Positions 1-10,947 of a stretch of 64,000 bases of DNA are shown piece by piece; the stretch's first letter is position 1; each line of letters begins with the position of its first letter. Source of the DNA: Gammaproteobacteria bacterium (lineage in GTDB: Bacteria; Pseudomonadota; Gammaproteobacteria; UBA4575); assembly GCA_965243395.1 (NCBI GenBank), contig CBDEUS010000001.1, positions 160,001 through 224,000 of the forward strand, in the 5' to 3' direction. The notes under the pieces are model-generated. The model searched no databases and was not told where the DNA came from. It saw only the letters and a program-made list of their open reading frames with translations. A program made the position numbers and the translations under genes.

Positions 1-547
1 GCACTTCGGTTGCTACTTGTTCTCTCAAATCTGGATCAAGGCTCGAGAAAGGCTCATCGAGTAACAATATTTCCGGCTTTGGAGCTAAAGCACGTGCGAG
101 GGCAACACGTTGTTGTTGTCCACCCGACAATTGATGCGGATATTTTTTTTCTTGATTTGTAAGCTCTGTAAGTTCAAGAACGTGCTGCATTCGTAATTGT
201 TGTTCTTGTTTCGGTAATGTTGTTAAACCAAAACAAATGTTTTCTTTTACTGTTAAATGAGGAAATAATGCTAAATCTTGGAACATCATTCCTATATGGC
301 GATTTTCAGGTGCCAAAGAATAACTGGATTTACTAAAAAGTTTTTCATGCACATAGATTTCACCCTGGGTGATAGATTGAAATCCTGCTATCGCACGTAA
401 CAAAGTAGTTTTGCCACAGCCACTTGGGCCTAATAATGAAGCAATCTGCCCATGTTTTAATTGTAACGATGTGGCGCTTAATATTTTTTTACCTTGTAGC
501 TCGACATCAACATCGCGTACATCTAGTCTTATATGATTATTTGTCAT
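1..547 (-). CDS. fbpC: Ferric iron ABC transporter ATP-binding subunit (3' part runs off the window; not in the ORF track)
   Basis: Manual translation from ATG at 547 gives MTNNHIRLDV...GPSGCGKT (Walker A)...LSGGQQQRVALARALAPKPEILLLDEPF (ABC signature and Walker B). ATGA overlap with the permease stop. Confidence 0.9.
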   Translation of the reverse strand, partial: MTNNHIRLDVRDVDVELQGKKILSATSLQLKHGQIASLLGPSGCGKTTLLRAIAGFQSITQGEIYVHEKLFSKSSYSLAPENRHIGMMFQDLALFPHLTVKENICFGLTTLPKQEQQLRMQHVLELTELTNQEKKYPHQLSGGQQQRVALARALAPKPEILLLDEPFSSLDPDLREQVATEV

Positions 548-2223
548 GTCTTTGTTCTGTTGATAGATCGATTCAAAATCAAAATTGGTAAAATTCCAAC
601 TACAACAATAAATAGCGCACTACATGATGCATCTGCCAAACGTTCATCGGAGGCAAGCTCATAAGTGCGAACAGCAAGCGTATTAAAATTAAATGGACGC
701 ATTACCAAAGTTGCAGGTAGTTCTTTAATTACTTCAACAAAAACTAAAAGACCTGCAGTTAGTACACCGCTTCGAATTAAGGGTAAATGTACGTTATAAA
801 ATCTATCGAAGGTTTTATGACCCAGTAATTGTGCAGCGTCATCAATATTATGGTGAATTTTGGCAAAGCTCGCATCTACAGAGTTAAGACCAATCGCTAA
901 AAAACGCACTACATGTGCAAACACTAATGCCGCTAGCGTACCTGTTAAAATTAGGCCACTCGATATTCCAAATTGTTTGGTCAACCAAGCATCAATGGTG
1001 TTATCAAACCACGCAAAAGGTAATAACACACCTACAGCAATTATTATTCCAGGTACGGTATAACCCATTGCACTGATATTTACACTGTACGGTATCATGA
1101 AGTGCGTACTCACTCGTTTACCATAGGAAAGGAATGTGGCCACTATCATGACTAAAATGGAGACGATTATTGCCAACCGTAGTGTGTTAAATACTAATGC
1201 ATAAAAAGAGCTATTAATTATTTCAGATGCAGTATAGATGGCCCAGTAAAACAACTGCATGGCAGGAATAAAAAATCCCAGTAACACTGGGATGACACAT
1301 ACTATAATTGCAAATACTTTTTTATAACCGGAGAGAGAATAACGCCAATTTTGTTTTTCATTAGTATTGTTTTGATATTTTGCAGACTGGCGACTGTAGC
1401 GTTCAACAATTATTACAAAAAATACGCAAAGTAATAGCAGGCTAGCAAGTTGTGTAGCCGCAATGCGATCACCTAGACCAAACCAGGTGCGAAATATTCC
1501 TGTCGTGAATGTTGGAATACCAAAATAGTGTACTGTCCCATAGTCGGCAAGCGTTTCCATTACGACTAATGTTAATCCTGCTATGACAGCAGGTCGCGCT
1601 AATGGTAGTGCGATTTTTAAGAAAGTTTTGTACAGACTGTTTCCTAATATGTGGCTAGCTTCTCGAAAACTTGCAGATTGTTCGGAAAAAGCTGTACGTG
1701 TAAGTAAATAAACATATGGGTAGAGCACTAGCGATAGCATTATGATTGCGCCAGGAAGCGAACGAATTTCTGGAAACCAGTATTCTCCATAACTCCAGGT
1801 AAATGTTTCGCGTAAAAAACTTTGAATAGGTCCCGAAAAGTCGAGTAAACCTGTGTAGGTATATGCAATTATGTATGGAGGAAAAGCTAGAGGTAATAAC
1901 AATAACCAGCTAAATATCCTACGTCCTGGAAATTCACAAACACTACATAACCATGCAGTGCTTATCCCAATCAAAAGCGTTCCAATGCTAACACCTAATA
2001 CCAGTAGCACAGAGTTGATTATATAGTCCGTAAGAACGGTTGCTTTAAGATGTATCCATACATCGCTACTTGGTAAAAAAACAGAAGATAAAACTGTTAT
2101 GACCGGAATACTTAAAATGAGGGCAATGATTAAAGTGCCAAGTAACCAGCTAAAATTACTTTTTTGTTGTAAATAATTTTGCAACAAATTAGGTTTTTCA
2201 TTGTTGCGATATAAGACGTCCAT
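544..2223 (-). CDS. fbpB: Ferric iron ABC transporter permease
   Basis: 559 aa with two BPD_transp-type halves carrying EAA-like loops; lies between a binding protein and an ATPase. Confidence 0.9.
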   Translation of the reverse strand: MDVLYRNNEKPNLLQNYLQQKSNFSWLLGTLIIALILSIPVITVLSSVFLPSSDVWIHLKATVLTDYIINSVLLVLGVSIGTLLIGISTAWLCSVCEFPGRRIFSWLLLLPLAFPPYIIAYTYTGLLDFSGPIQSFLRETFTWSYGEYWFPEIRSLPGAIIMLSLVLYPYVYLLTRTAFSEQSASFREASHILGNSLYKTFLKIALPLARPAVIAGLTLVVMETLADYGTVHYFGIPTFTTGIFRTWFGLGDRIAATQLASLLLLCVFFVIIVERYSRQSAKYQNNTNEKQNWRYSLSGYKKVFAIIVCVIPVLLGFFIPAMQLFYWAIYTASEIINSSFYALVFNTLRLAIIVSILVMIVATFLSYGKRVSTHFMIPYSVNISAMGYTVPGIIIAVGVLLPFAWFDNTIDAWLTKQFGISSGLILTGTLAALVFAHVVRFLAIGLNSVDASFAKIHHNIDDAAQLLGHKTFDRFYNVHLPLIRSGVLTAGLLVFVEVIKELPATLVMRPFNFNTLAVRTYELASDERLADASCSALFIVVVGILPILILNRSINRTKT

Positions 2224-2258
2224 GAAAATCTGGTTTTGTTAAAGTGCTACTTTTTATG

Positions 2259-3284
2259 TTATTTCCAGCCGGCTTGATCCATAAGCATTACAGCTTTCGC
2301 ATTGAGGTCACCAAGTTGATGTAAACTCAATGAATCAGCCTTGAACTCTCCCCAAGATTTTAAAATTTCACTTGCTTGTATTCCCGGTTTAATTGGGTAC
2401 TCAAGATTTTTTTCTGCATACCATTGTTGTGCATCATCACTTACTAAAAACTCTAATAATTGAATTGCGGAACTTTTATTTTTAGATGAAGCAGTGATGG
2501 CTGCACCACTAATATTGACATGTGTACCTTTAGAGTCTTGATTAGGCCAAAATATTTTTACTTTTTTTGCGGCTGCAACTTCAGCCTCGTCATTTGAGGT
2601 TAACATTTTGCCTAAGTAATAAGTGTTAACGACAGCTATGTCACATTGACCAGCAGCTACTGCTTTGATTTGATCTCGGTCACCCCCTTGAGGAGGTCTG
2701 GCAAAATTATTTACGAGCGCACTAATCCATGAGAGTGTTTTTTGCTCACCTTCATGTGCAATTAATGAAGCCACTAATGATTGGTTGTAAATATTATCTG
2801 AAGATCGTATACAAACTTTTTGTTGCCATTCAGAATTTGTTAATGCTTCATAGCTTGAGAGTTGCTCAGGTTTTACTCGATCAATTGCATAGACTATAGG
2901 CCGGGCACGTAAAGTTAAGCCATACCAAAAGCCCGCCGGATCGCGATATTGTTCTGGGATGGTGTTAACAAGTACATCTGATTGAATGGTTTGCAGCACT
3001 TCTGCATTTTTAGCACGATGTAATCTACCGGCATCGGTTGTAATTAAAATATCTGCTGGACTATTTTTTCCTTCACTGATTAAGCGTTGTAATAGGGCAT
3101 CCGCTTTTCCAGTGATTAGATTTACTTTTATGTTTGTATTGGCTTCAAACTTTTCCAAAATGGGTTTAATTAAGTCTTCTTTCCTTGCAGAGTAAATATT
3201 TACCTCGGCCGCTTGTGCGATAGAAGCGGTTAACAGCAAACAAAACGCGAGACTTGCATATAGTTTCTGTATAAAGGTTTTCAT
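2259..3284 (-). CDS. fbpA: Fe(III) ABC transporter periplasmic binding protein (FbpA/FutA type)
   Basis: Signal peptide (AQA-AE), VNIYSAR, PADILIT.DAGRL, VNTYYL (Tyr pair iron ligands). Likely start ATG 3284 after an AAGGA RBS, not 3347. Confidence 0.9.
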   Translation of the reverse strand: MKTFIQKLYASLAFCLLLTASIAQAAEVNIYSARKEDLIKPILEKFEANTNIKVNLITGKADALLQRLISEGKNSPADILITTDAGRLHRAKNAEVLQTIQSDVLVNTIPEQYRDPAGFWYGLTLRARPIVYAIDRVKPEQLSSYEALTNSEWQQKVCIRSSDNIYNQSLVASLIAHEGEQKTLSWISALVNNFARPPQGGDRDQIKAVAAGQCDIAVVNTYYLGKMLTSNDEAEVAAAKKVKIFWPNQDSKGTHVNISGAAITASSKNKSSAIQLLEFLVSDDAQQWYAEKNLEYPIKPGIQASEILKSWGEFKADSLSLHQLGDLNAKAVMLMDQAGWK

Positions 3285-3375
3285 TATCGTTATCCTTATC
3301 CTTATTAGTTCCATAGTAGCGAATGGTGTACTTTCGAAATAAACCATGATTTAAACATGGCTAAATATTAATATA

Positions 3376-3394
3376 AATGATACCTATTCTCATT
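3376..3394. promoter_or_regulatory. Putative Fur box upstream of fbpABC
   Basis: AATGATACCTATTCTCATT is a 19-bp imperfect palindrome matching the Fur 7-1-7 consensus (TGATAATnATTATCA), about 90 bp upstream of an iron-uptake operon. Confidence 0.7.
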
Positions 3395-3488
3395 AGCATT
3401 TAGAATATCACGATTGCTCAGATGAGCTAGAAATATTGATGAAAAGGTAAATTAGAGTAACGCAATTAAAAGGCTCTGCTGGTCTCAT

Positions 3489-6359
3489 ATGCTTCCATCT
3501 CCACCTGAGAATGCTTTGTTAACTCTCGAAGAAGAGATAAATCCTGTATTTCAAAGTATTGATCTCATAGATGCTACATACAGAGCTGAAGTAGTTTCTA
3601 TTTGTTACGCCAGTCCATTTATAAAGCGTGTATGTGTTGCACAACCTGAATGGTTGTCGACTTTATTTTCTGAAGAGGCTTTAAAACAAAATCATAGCTT
3701 TGAAGATTATCGTCAAATTTTAGCACCAGCATTTAATGCCGATAGTGTTGATATTTTACAACAGCAATTAAGACGACTAAGAACAGCAAATTTCGCAAGA
3801 ATTGCTTGGAGAGATTTACAGCAATATGCAAGTGTGCAGCAAACATTAAAAGAGTTGAGCTCGTTTGCAGAAATTTGTTTGCAGGGAACACTTCTATGGT
3901 GTTTTGAATGGTTAAAGTCGCGATCTAATTCAAGTGAGTTTGTTCAAAATCTTCCACAAAATATTGTTGTTTTTGCTTTAGGAAAACTTGGGGGAAGGGA
4001 ACTTAATTTTTCTTCTGACGTTGATATCGTTTTTGCCTATGTGGAAGAAGAAAGTTACACCCAAGAACAGGCAGCTAAGGCAATAGAGTTTTATCTAAGA
4101 GTAGTACAGTTATTCATAAAAGTTCTGTCCGAGCAAACCAAAGATGGATTTGTATTTCGTATAGATACGAGGCTTAGGCCATTCGGAGAATCCGGTGCAT
4201 TACTCCCTAGTTTTTTATCTATGGATCAATATTTTCAGACTCATGGACGCGACTGGGAGCGTTATGCGTGGATGAAAGCTCGAGTTATTGCTGGTGATAT
4301 AGATACAGGAGAACAATTTTTGCAGGAAATTTCTCCGTTTATCTATCGTCGTTATCTAGATTATGGCGCTATGCAGTCATTGCGTGAAATGAAATCACTG
4401 ATAGATAAAAAAGCGCGCTTAAATATTGATAAGGAAGATTTAAAAATCGGTTTTGGAGGTATTCGAGAAATAGAATTTATAACACAAATGTTTCAACTTA
4501 TTCATGGGGGTAAAAATTTATCTCTACAAGTGCAATCTACTTTGGATGGATTACAACAATTAAAAAAACAAGAACTTTTTTCATCAGACTGGGTTAGTGA
4601 TTTGACTGCAGCATATTTGTTTTTGCGTAAAGCCGAAAATACCTTGCAGCTACGTGAAGACCAACAAGTTCATATGCTGCCAACTAGCTCAGATCAAAAA
4701 AGCCATTATGCTTATTTAATGAATAAAAACACTTGGGAAGCATTTTATAAAGAATATACACATCATACGAAAATAGTTAACCAGCTGTTTCAATCAATAT
4801 TAGATGTTAACGATGATGCGCAAGATGCTTTTTCAAATTCTATTGAAATTGAGAGTGTCTGGAAGCATGTCGATGAAAAAGAATATTGCCTTGAAATTTT
4901 AACTAAAAATTTTGGACAAAATGCGGATCATTTATACACGCATTTGAAAAAATTTCATGATAGTAGTCGTGTCAAAAAGTTAATACCTATGGCCAGGGGA
5001 AGATTGGATTCTTTCATGCCGATTTTTTTACAAGAGCTTAAGGAATTTGATGAGCCAGTTTCTATATTTGATCGATTTCTAAATGTTCTTAAGCAAATTG
5101 TTCTTCGTTCCACTTATATATCTCTGCTTATTGAAAACAAAAATAAACTTTCGGCAGTCTTTTCGCTGGTTCTAGCTAGTCCATGGATATCAAATTATCT
5201 TTCGACACATCCATTGTTATTAGATGAAGTCTTGAGTATGGATGTATCTTACGAGCCACCTAGTCTTATTGATATGCAAGATCAATTAAATTTGATGTTG
5301 AAAAATGAAGAACTGGATTTGGAAAGATTTATGGATGTTTTGCGAGAGTTTAAGCATTCACAAGTCATTCAAATTGCTGCCATGGATATTGTCGAGAGCT
5401 TTCCTATTATGAAAGTGAGTGATCATTTATCTTGGTTGGCAGAAGTGTGTATTAACAGTGCTGTTAATTATGCAAATGAAGAATTAAAAATTAAATATGG
5501 TACACCTCAATGTATTATAAATGAAAAAATTTATGTGCCAGAAATATTAATTGTAGAGTATGGAAAGCTGGGGGGATTAGAACTTGGTTATGGTTCAGAC
5601 TTAGATGTCGTTTTTTTGCATACAAGCAAAGGTGAAGATTGTGAGACAAGTGGAAATGAAACAGGAGGTAAAAAAATTCATAACGACATATTTTTTACAC
5701 GCTTAGTGCAAAGAGCTATACATATCCTTGCTACAGTAACCTCAAATGGGAAAGTTTTTGAAATGGATTTACGACTTAGGCCGCATGGTGAATCAGGACC
5801 TATTGCTACATCGATGCATGCGTATGAAAATTATTTAATGAATGATGCCTGGTTATGGGAGCATCAGGCATTAGTGCGAGCACGTCCCGTGACAAATAAT
5901 CCAATACTAGTTGAAAAATTTTCCGAAATTAGAAAAAAAGTATTGTGTATTTCTCGAAAGATTGAGGATGTGCGAACTTCAGTCTTAGAAATGCGGAACA
6001 AAATGTTGAACGCAAATAAAAGTGATTCAAGCACGGTTTTTAATGTTAAGAAAGATGTGGGTGGTATTATTGATATCGAATTTCTGGTGCAGTTTCTTGT
6101 GCTTAGCCACGCTCATAAATTTCCTCAAATTTGTGAATATACAGACAACGTAAGAATTCTCGATAGTTGTGCAGAAGCTGGATTGATAGATTCGTCAGAT
6201 GCTTCAATTCTGAAAGAAATTTACTTGAAATATCGTAAATATTTGCATCAGGTGAGTTTGCAGATGTTGTCAGACTTAGCAGAGTTAGACAAATTCAATA
6301 ACGAAAGGCAGGTTGTGAAAAAATATTGGGCAAGTCTGTTACACTCGGATGCTACATAA
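3489..6359 (+). CDS. glnE: Bifunctional glutamine synthetase adenylyltransferase/adenylyl-removing enzyme
   Basis: Two nucleotidyltransferase domains (GKLGGRELNFSSDVD and GKLGGLELGYGSDLD); 956 aa. Confidence 0.95.
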   Translation: MLPSPPENALLTLEEEINPVFQSIDLIDATYRAEVVSICYASPFIKRVCVAQPEWLSTLFSEEALKQNHSFEDYRQILAPAFNADSVDILQQQLRRLRTANFARIAWRDLQQYASVQQTLKELSSFAEICLQGTLLWCFEWLKSRSNSSEFVQNLPQNIVVFALGKLGGRELNFSSDVDIVFAYVEEESYTQEQAAKAIEFYLRVVQLFIKVLSEQTKDGFVFRIDTRLRPFGESGALLPSFLSMDQYFQTHGRDWERYAWMKARVIAGDIDTGEQFLQEISPFIYRRYLDYGAMQSLREMKSLIDKKARLNIDKEDLKIGFGGIREIEFITQMFQLIHGGKNLSLQVQSTLDGLQQLKKQELFSSDWVSDLTAAYLFLRKAENTLQLREDQQVHMLPTSSDQKSHYAYLMNKNTWEAFYKEYTHHTKIVNQLFQSILDVNDDAQDAFSNSIEIESVWKHVDEKEYCLEILTKNFGQNADHLYTHLKKFHDSSRVKKLIPMARGRLDSFMPIFLQELKEFDEPVSIFDRFLNVLKQIVLRSTYISLLIENKNKLSAVFSLVLASPWISNYLSTHPLLLDEVLSMDVSYEPPSLIDMQDQLNLMLKNEELDLERFMDVLREFKHSQVIQIAAMDIVESFPIMKVSDHLSWLAEVCINSAVNYANEELKIKYGTPQCIINEKIYVPEILIVEYGKLGGLELGYGSDLDVVFLHTSKGEDCETSGNETGGKKIHNDIFFTRLVQRAIHILATVTSNGKVFEMDLRLRPHGESGPIATSMHAYENYLMNDAWLWEHQALVRARPVTNNPILVEKFSEIRKKVLCISRKIEDVRTSVLEMRNKMLNANKSDSSTVFNVKKDVGGIIDIEFLVQFLVLSHAHKFPQICEYTDNVRILDSCAEAGLIDSSDASILKEIYLKYRKYLHQVSLQMLSDLAELDKFNNERQVVKKYWASLLHSDAT

Positions 6360-6420
6360 ATTACAATGAACTTTTTTTAAGAGTGATTATTTCTCAATCG
6401 TATTAGGGGGTTAGGTTCAG

Positions 6421-7353
6421 ATGTCAATGTCTGATAGAGATGGATGGATTTGGTGTGACGGTGAATTTATACCGTGGCGAGAAGCTAACACACATGTGTT
6501 AACTCACACACTGCACTATGGTGCTGGTGTATTCGAGGGTGTGCGCGCCTATGAGACTCAACAGGGAACCGCAATATTTCGTCTTCATGACCATACCGAG
6601 AGATTATTTAACTCTGCAAAAATAATCGGTATGCAGATACCTTTTACACCAGAAGAAATCAATCAGGCACAAATTGACGTAATAAATAAAAATGAATTGA
6701 GTTACGGCTATATGCGACCGATGTGTTTTTATGGTTCAGAGGGGATGGGATTGCGTGCAGATAATTTGAAAGTGCACTGTATGATTGCAGCATGGGAGTG
6801 GGGGTCGTACTTGGGTGAAGATAATATGAAAAATGGCATACGTGTAAAAACGTCATCTTATTCGCGTCACCATGTAAACGTTTCAATGTGTAGAGCAAAA
6901 TTGAACGGAAATTATGTAAATTCTATGCTTGCATTAAACGAAGCATTGCAAGATGGCTATGATGAAGCTTTGTTGTTAGATGTAGATGGATTTGTAGCAG
7001 AAGGTAGCGGTGAAAATGTATTTATCATTAAAGAAGGCAAGCTTTTTACGCCTGAGCTGACTTCTGCGTTAGATGGAATTACGCGCAGGACGATTATTTC
7101 GCTTGCTGAAATGATAGATGTACCTTTAATCGAAAAACGTATTACGCGAGATGAGGTGTATACAGCAGATGAAGCGTTTTTTACCGGAACCGCAGCGGAG
7201 GTAACTCCAATACGTGAACTTGATAATCGAATAATAGGTGAGGGTGCTCGTGGTGAGATTACTGCTAAACTTCAATCCATGTATTTTGACTCGGTGTACG
7301 GGAAAAAAACTTATAACAATTCATGGCTATCTTATACTAGTCTAGTTGCTTGA
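6421..7353 (+). CDS. ilvE: Branched-chain amino acid aminotransferase
   Basis: LHYGAGVFEGVRAY, EGSGENVF, LDGITR, FFTGTAAEVTP motifs; glnE-ilvE synteny. Confidence 0.95.
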   Translation: MSMSDRDGWIWCDGEFIPWREANTHVLTHTLHYGAGVFEGVRAYETQQGTAIFRLHDHTERLFNSAKIIGMQIPFTPEEINQAQIDVINKNELSYGYMRPMCFYGSEGMGLRADNLKVHCMIAAWEWGSYLGEDNMKNGIRVKTSSYSRHHVNVSMCRAKLNGNYVNSMLALNEALQDGYDEALLLDVDGFVAEGSGENVFIIKEGKLFTPELTSALDGITRRTIISLAEMIDVPLIEKRITRDEVYTADEAFFTGTAAEVTPIRELDNRIIGEGARGEITAKLQSMYFDSVYGKKTYNNSWLSYTSLVA

Positions 7354-7385
7354 GCGGGATAGATTAAAACTAGATAGAAATTATC

Positions 7386-8651
7386 GTGTTTGAAAAAGTG
7401 TTTCAAGCATTGCCAAGTTGGAAATTCGTTCCAATAGCATTAATTATTTTCATTTTTCCTTCTGTTGCAGTAACAGTTAAGTCTGGTGCAACAACAATAT
7501 TTTTACTTATGCTAATTCCAAGTGTAATTTTTGGTTGGCGTGGTTGGAATAATCTTATATCTGAAGAAAAAATTTTATTGATTAGCTTTTTAATCTTTGT
7601 TTTGTTTTCGAGTTTAAGTTTCATAAATAGCAGTGATATATATGAAAGTATAAGTTCATTTGAGAAATATTTAAGATTTGCTGTATTTGTTCCAATGTAT
7701 CTTTATTTAAGAAAATACTCAATCGAGTTAGGCACTTGTCTAGTTTTGGGCATAGTACTAGGGTGCTTTGTTATGGGCCTGGTTGCTATTTATCAGCATC
7801 ATTGGATGGATATATCCAGACCCCATGGTGTGCGGAATATTGCAAGATTTGGCCTTGTATCAGTAACATTTTTATTAATACTGATTGTGGCATTAGGGTC
7901 TGAATTGAAGAACTCGAAAATACTAATTCCGGGAATTATATCGTCTTTACTAATTTCGTATGCGATTTATTTAAATCATACGCGTTCCGCAATTCTGTCA
8001 ATTATCCCTTTTGCAATTATGTTGATTTTTTTTAATAGAACTCAGATTAAAAAGAAACATATAATTATAATTGCGATAGTAACATTTTTAGTTTCCATAG
8101 TATTTTTTCATCCTTCTTCTCCAGTTGCACAACATTTCATAAGTGGATTTATAGGACTTAAAGAATTGATGGATGATCCTTTAAAAAATTACATGACTGA
8201 CTGGGGGATAAGACCACATATGTATTATGCTGGGTTATTAGTATTTTATAATTCGCCGTTAATAGGTACCGGTATAGGTGACTATGCGCAAGACGTTCAA
8301 GTTCTAATTGATGCTGGAAATGTTTATGTGCAGCATAAAATGATGCTTACATCTCCTCATAATATTTATATTAATGCACTAGCAGAAACAGGTTTAATTG
8401 GTTTTTTGGGTCAATTATTCGCTATTTGTTTCGCGCCAATTTATTGTTATTTAAAAGTTATTAAGAAAAGCCCTGAAGATAATAAAATTAAATTTTATTC
8501 GATATCTGGCCTTACAGTATCAATTTGTTTTTTATTTTTTGGTTTATTTCATACCTGGACAAATATTAATAATTCAGTTTCGATATTTCTATTATTGCAT
8601 CTTGTTTTTTTGAGCAATTCATTTCAGATACTAAAGCGGAAAAAATGTTAG
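7386..8651 (+). CDS. O-antigen ligase family membrane protein (WaaL-like)
   Basis: About 12 hydrophobic segments; TRSA, PLIGTGIG and PHNIYINALAETGLIG (Wzy_C-type) motifs; LPS cluster context. Confidence 0.8.
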   Translation: MFEKVFQALPSWKFVPIALIIFIFPSVAVTVKSGATTIFLLMLIPSVIFGWRGWNNLISEEKILLISFLIFVLFSSLSFINSSDIYESISSFEKYLRFAVFVPMYLYLRKYSIELGTCLVLGIVLGCFVMGLVAIYQHHWMDISRPHGVRNIARFGLVSVTFLLILIVALGSELKNSKILIPGIISSLLISYAIYLNHTRSAILSIIPFAIMLIFFNRTQIKKKHIIIIAIVTFLVSIVFFHPSSPVAQHFISGFIGLKELMDDPLKNYMTDWGIRPHMYYAGLLVFYNSPLIGTGIGDYAQDVQVLIDAGNVYVQHKMMLTSPHNIYINALAETGLIGFLGQLFAICFAPIYCYLKVIKKSPEDNKIKFYSISGLTVSICFLFFGLFHTWTNINNSVSIFLLLHLVFLSNSFQILKRKKC

Positions 8652-8687
8652 TTTATATATTTTTCATTACTGATATGTAAATTATTA

Positions 8688-9503
8688 ATGCTTATTTCAT
8701 TTATCATCAGCACCTACAACCGACACGATGCATTAATCTGTGTTTTAGAGTCTTTAAACAAACAGAATAATCTTTCATTCGAGGTTATTGTTGCAGACGA
8801 TGGCTCAACTGATGAAACAAAAAAAGCAGTAAAAGAGTTTCGCAATGTGTCTAAATATCATGTTGAGCATGTATGGCAGGAAGACACAGGTTTTCATCTT
8901 GCACAAATACGAAATAAAGCAGTTGCCAAGTCAAAGGGTGACTATTTAGTATTTCTAGATGGTGACTGCGTAGCATTTCCTGATTTTGTTGATAGACATC
9001 TTTTGTTAGCTGAAAAAGGCTATTTTGTGCGTGGTAGTAGAGTTATGCTCTCAGAGGAATATACAAGTCAATACATTAATAATCTCGATGACGCATCAAA
9101 ATTATCATTTATAAATCTAGTTAAGTTGCGTTTTGAGAAAAAAATCAACCGAATTTTGCCGCTTTTTTACATTCCACTAGGTAAAATACGCAAACTTAAG
9201 AAAATGAAATGGTATGGTGCAAAAGGATGCAATATAGCTATATGGCGTAGTGATTATTTTGCTGTAAATGGTTTTGACGAACGCTATGTGGGCTGGGGAA
9301 GAGAAGATTCAGATATCGTGATTCGTTTAATACGAAGTGGAGTATTGCGTAAAGAAGGGATATACGCAATAACAGTACTTCATTTATGGCATTCAATGAG
9401 TGATCGTTCACAATTATCGGACAATGACGAAAAATTAAAATCAATTCAGCAATCCAAAGCTACGATTGCTGAATTAGGAATCTCCCAATATGCTGAAATT
9501 TAG
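8688..9503 (+). CDS. Family 2 glycosyltransferase (LPS core/outer core)
   Basis: IISTYNR, VADDGS, FLDGDC, NGFDERYVGWGREDSD, HLWH motifs. Confidence 0.85.
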   Translation: MLISFIISTYNRHDALICVLESLNKQNNLSFEVIVADDGSTDETKKAVKEFRNVSKYHVEHVWQEDTGFHLAQIRNKAVAKSKGDYLVFLDGDCVAFPDFVDRHLLLAEKGYFVRGSRVMLSEEYTSQYINNLDDASKLSFINLVKLRFEKKINRILPLFYIPLGKIRKLKKMKWYGAKGCNIAIWRSDYFAVNGFDERYVGWGREDSDIVIRLIRSGVLRKEGIYAITVLHLWHSMSDRSQLSDNDEKLKSIQQSKATIAELGISQYAEI

Positions 9504-9517
9504 GTTATCAATTTTTT

Positions 9518-10945
9518 ATGCTTGAAATTCTACCCGACTTTTCAAAAATAAATATTCTCGTGGTTGGAGACGCGATGCTCGACCGCTATTGGAATGGAAT
9601 TACGCAAAGAATCTCACCTGAGGCACCGGTTCCTGTTGTATTGGTAAGAGATATGGAAGAACGTCCAGGAGGTGCAGGAAATGTTGCTAGAAGTGTGACT
9701 GCATTGGGTGGGGCTTGTTCACTAATTGCGCTTCTTGGAGATGATGAAAATGCTAATCGATTAGAAAAGTTATTAGAGAAGGAAAAAGTATCACTGTATT
9801 GTGTAAAAGATTCGTCTTCTAAAACAGTTACTAAGTTACGAGTTGTAAGCAGAAACCAACAGTTAATACGTTTAGATTTTGAAGATCAATATTCTGAAAA
9901 GTGTGTGCACCAGCTTACGGAAATTATCAATAGTGAAATAGAGCAACATAATGTATTAATTCTTTCTGATTATAATAAAGGTACATTGAAAAATATTGAA
10001 GGAATAATAAATAAAGCAAATTCACTAGGTGTTGATATTTTTGTAGATCCTAAAGGCAATGATTTTTCTAGATATAAAAATGTCACCGCAATAACTCCAA
10101 ATCAATCAGAATTTATATCAGTTGTTGGAGAGTTTAATAGTGATCAAGAGCTGACAGAAAAAGGACTTAATCTACTAAAAGAATTAAATCTAACAGCATT
10201 GGTCATTACACGAAGTGAAAAGGGTGTTGCTCTTATTGAGAGATCAGGAAAGATGACAAATATTGCTGCTAGAGCCAAAGAAGTTTTTGATGTTACCGGT
10301 GCTGGAGATACTTTTATTTCAGTTTTAGCTGCTTCACATGCAGCAGGTTCGTCATTTGAAGATGCAGTTAACATAGCGAACGCAGCAGCTAGCGTTGTAG
10401 TTGGTAAATTAGGTGCGTCTACAGTAACAAAAAGTGAAATTGAAAATGAATTGAATCGTTCCAGCGCGACTTTATCCAAATCTATTGCCTACGGTGAGAT
10501 AGCTAATAAAGTTCGAAATTTACAAACAGAAGGTAAGAAAATTGTAATGACGAACGGGTGCTTTGATATCTTACATGCAGGGCACGTTGAATACTTATCA
10601 AAAGCCAGGAAGTTAGGTGATGTATTGATAGTGGCAGTGAATTCGGATAAATCTGTCAATGAATTAAAAGGTGATCCAAGGCCTATAAATAAACTATCTG
10701 ACCGTATGAAGGTATTATCTAGTCTACAGTCTATCGATTACTTAGTTGAGTTTGATCAGTTAACACCAGAAGAATTAATTAGTGAAATTTTACCTGACGT
10801 GTTGGTAAAGGGCGGAGACTATGATGTAGATGAAATTGTAGGAGCAGATGCTGTGCGTGAGAATGGTGGTGAAGTAAAAGTTATAGATTATGTGCCCTCA
10901 TATTCCACATCGGAATTAATTTCAAAAATAACCAAGTCGTCATAA
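9518..10945 (+). CDS. hldE: Bifunctional heptose 7-phosphate kinase/heptose 1-phosphate adenylyltransferase
   Basis: RISPEAPVPVV, DVTGAGDT (PfkB kinase) and TNGCFDILHAGH (cytidylyltransferase-like) motifs. Confidence 0.95.
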   Translation: MLEILPDFSKINILVVGDAMLDRYWNGITQRISPEAPVPVVLVRDMEERPGGAGNVARSVTALGGACSLIALLGDDENANRLEKLLEKEKVSLYCVKDSSSKTVTKLRVVSRNQQLIRLDFEDQYSEKCVHQLTEIINSEIEQHNVLILSDYNKGTLKNIEGIINKANSLGVDIFVDPKGNDFSRYKNVTAITPNQSEFISVVGEFNSDQELTEKGLNLLKELNLTALVITRSEKGVALIERSGKMTNIAARAKEVFDVTGAGDTFISVLAASHAAGSSFEDAVNIANAAASVVVGKLGASTVTKSEIENELNRSSATLSKSIAYGEIANKVRNLQTEGKKIVMTNGCFDILHAGHVEYLSKARKLGDVLIVAVNSDKSVNELKGDPRPINKLSDRMKVLSSLQSIDYLVEFDQLTPEELISEILPDVLVKGGDYDVDEIVGADAVRENGGEVKVIDYVPSYSTSELISKITKSS

Positions 10946-10947
10946 AT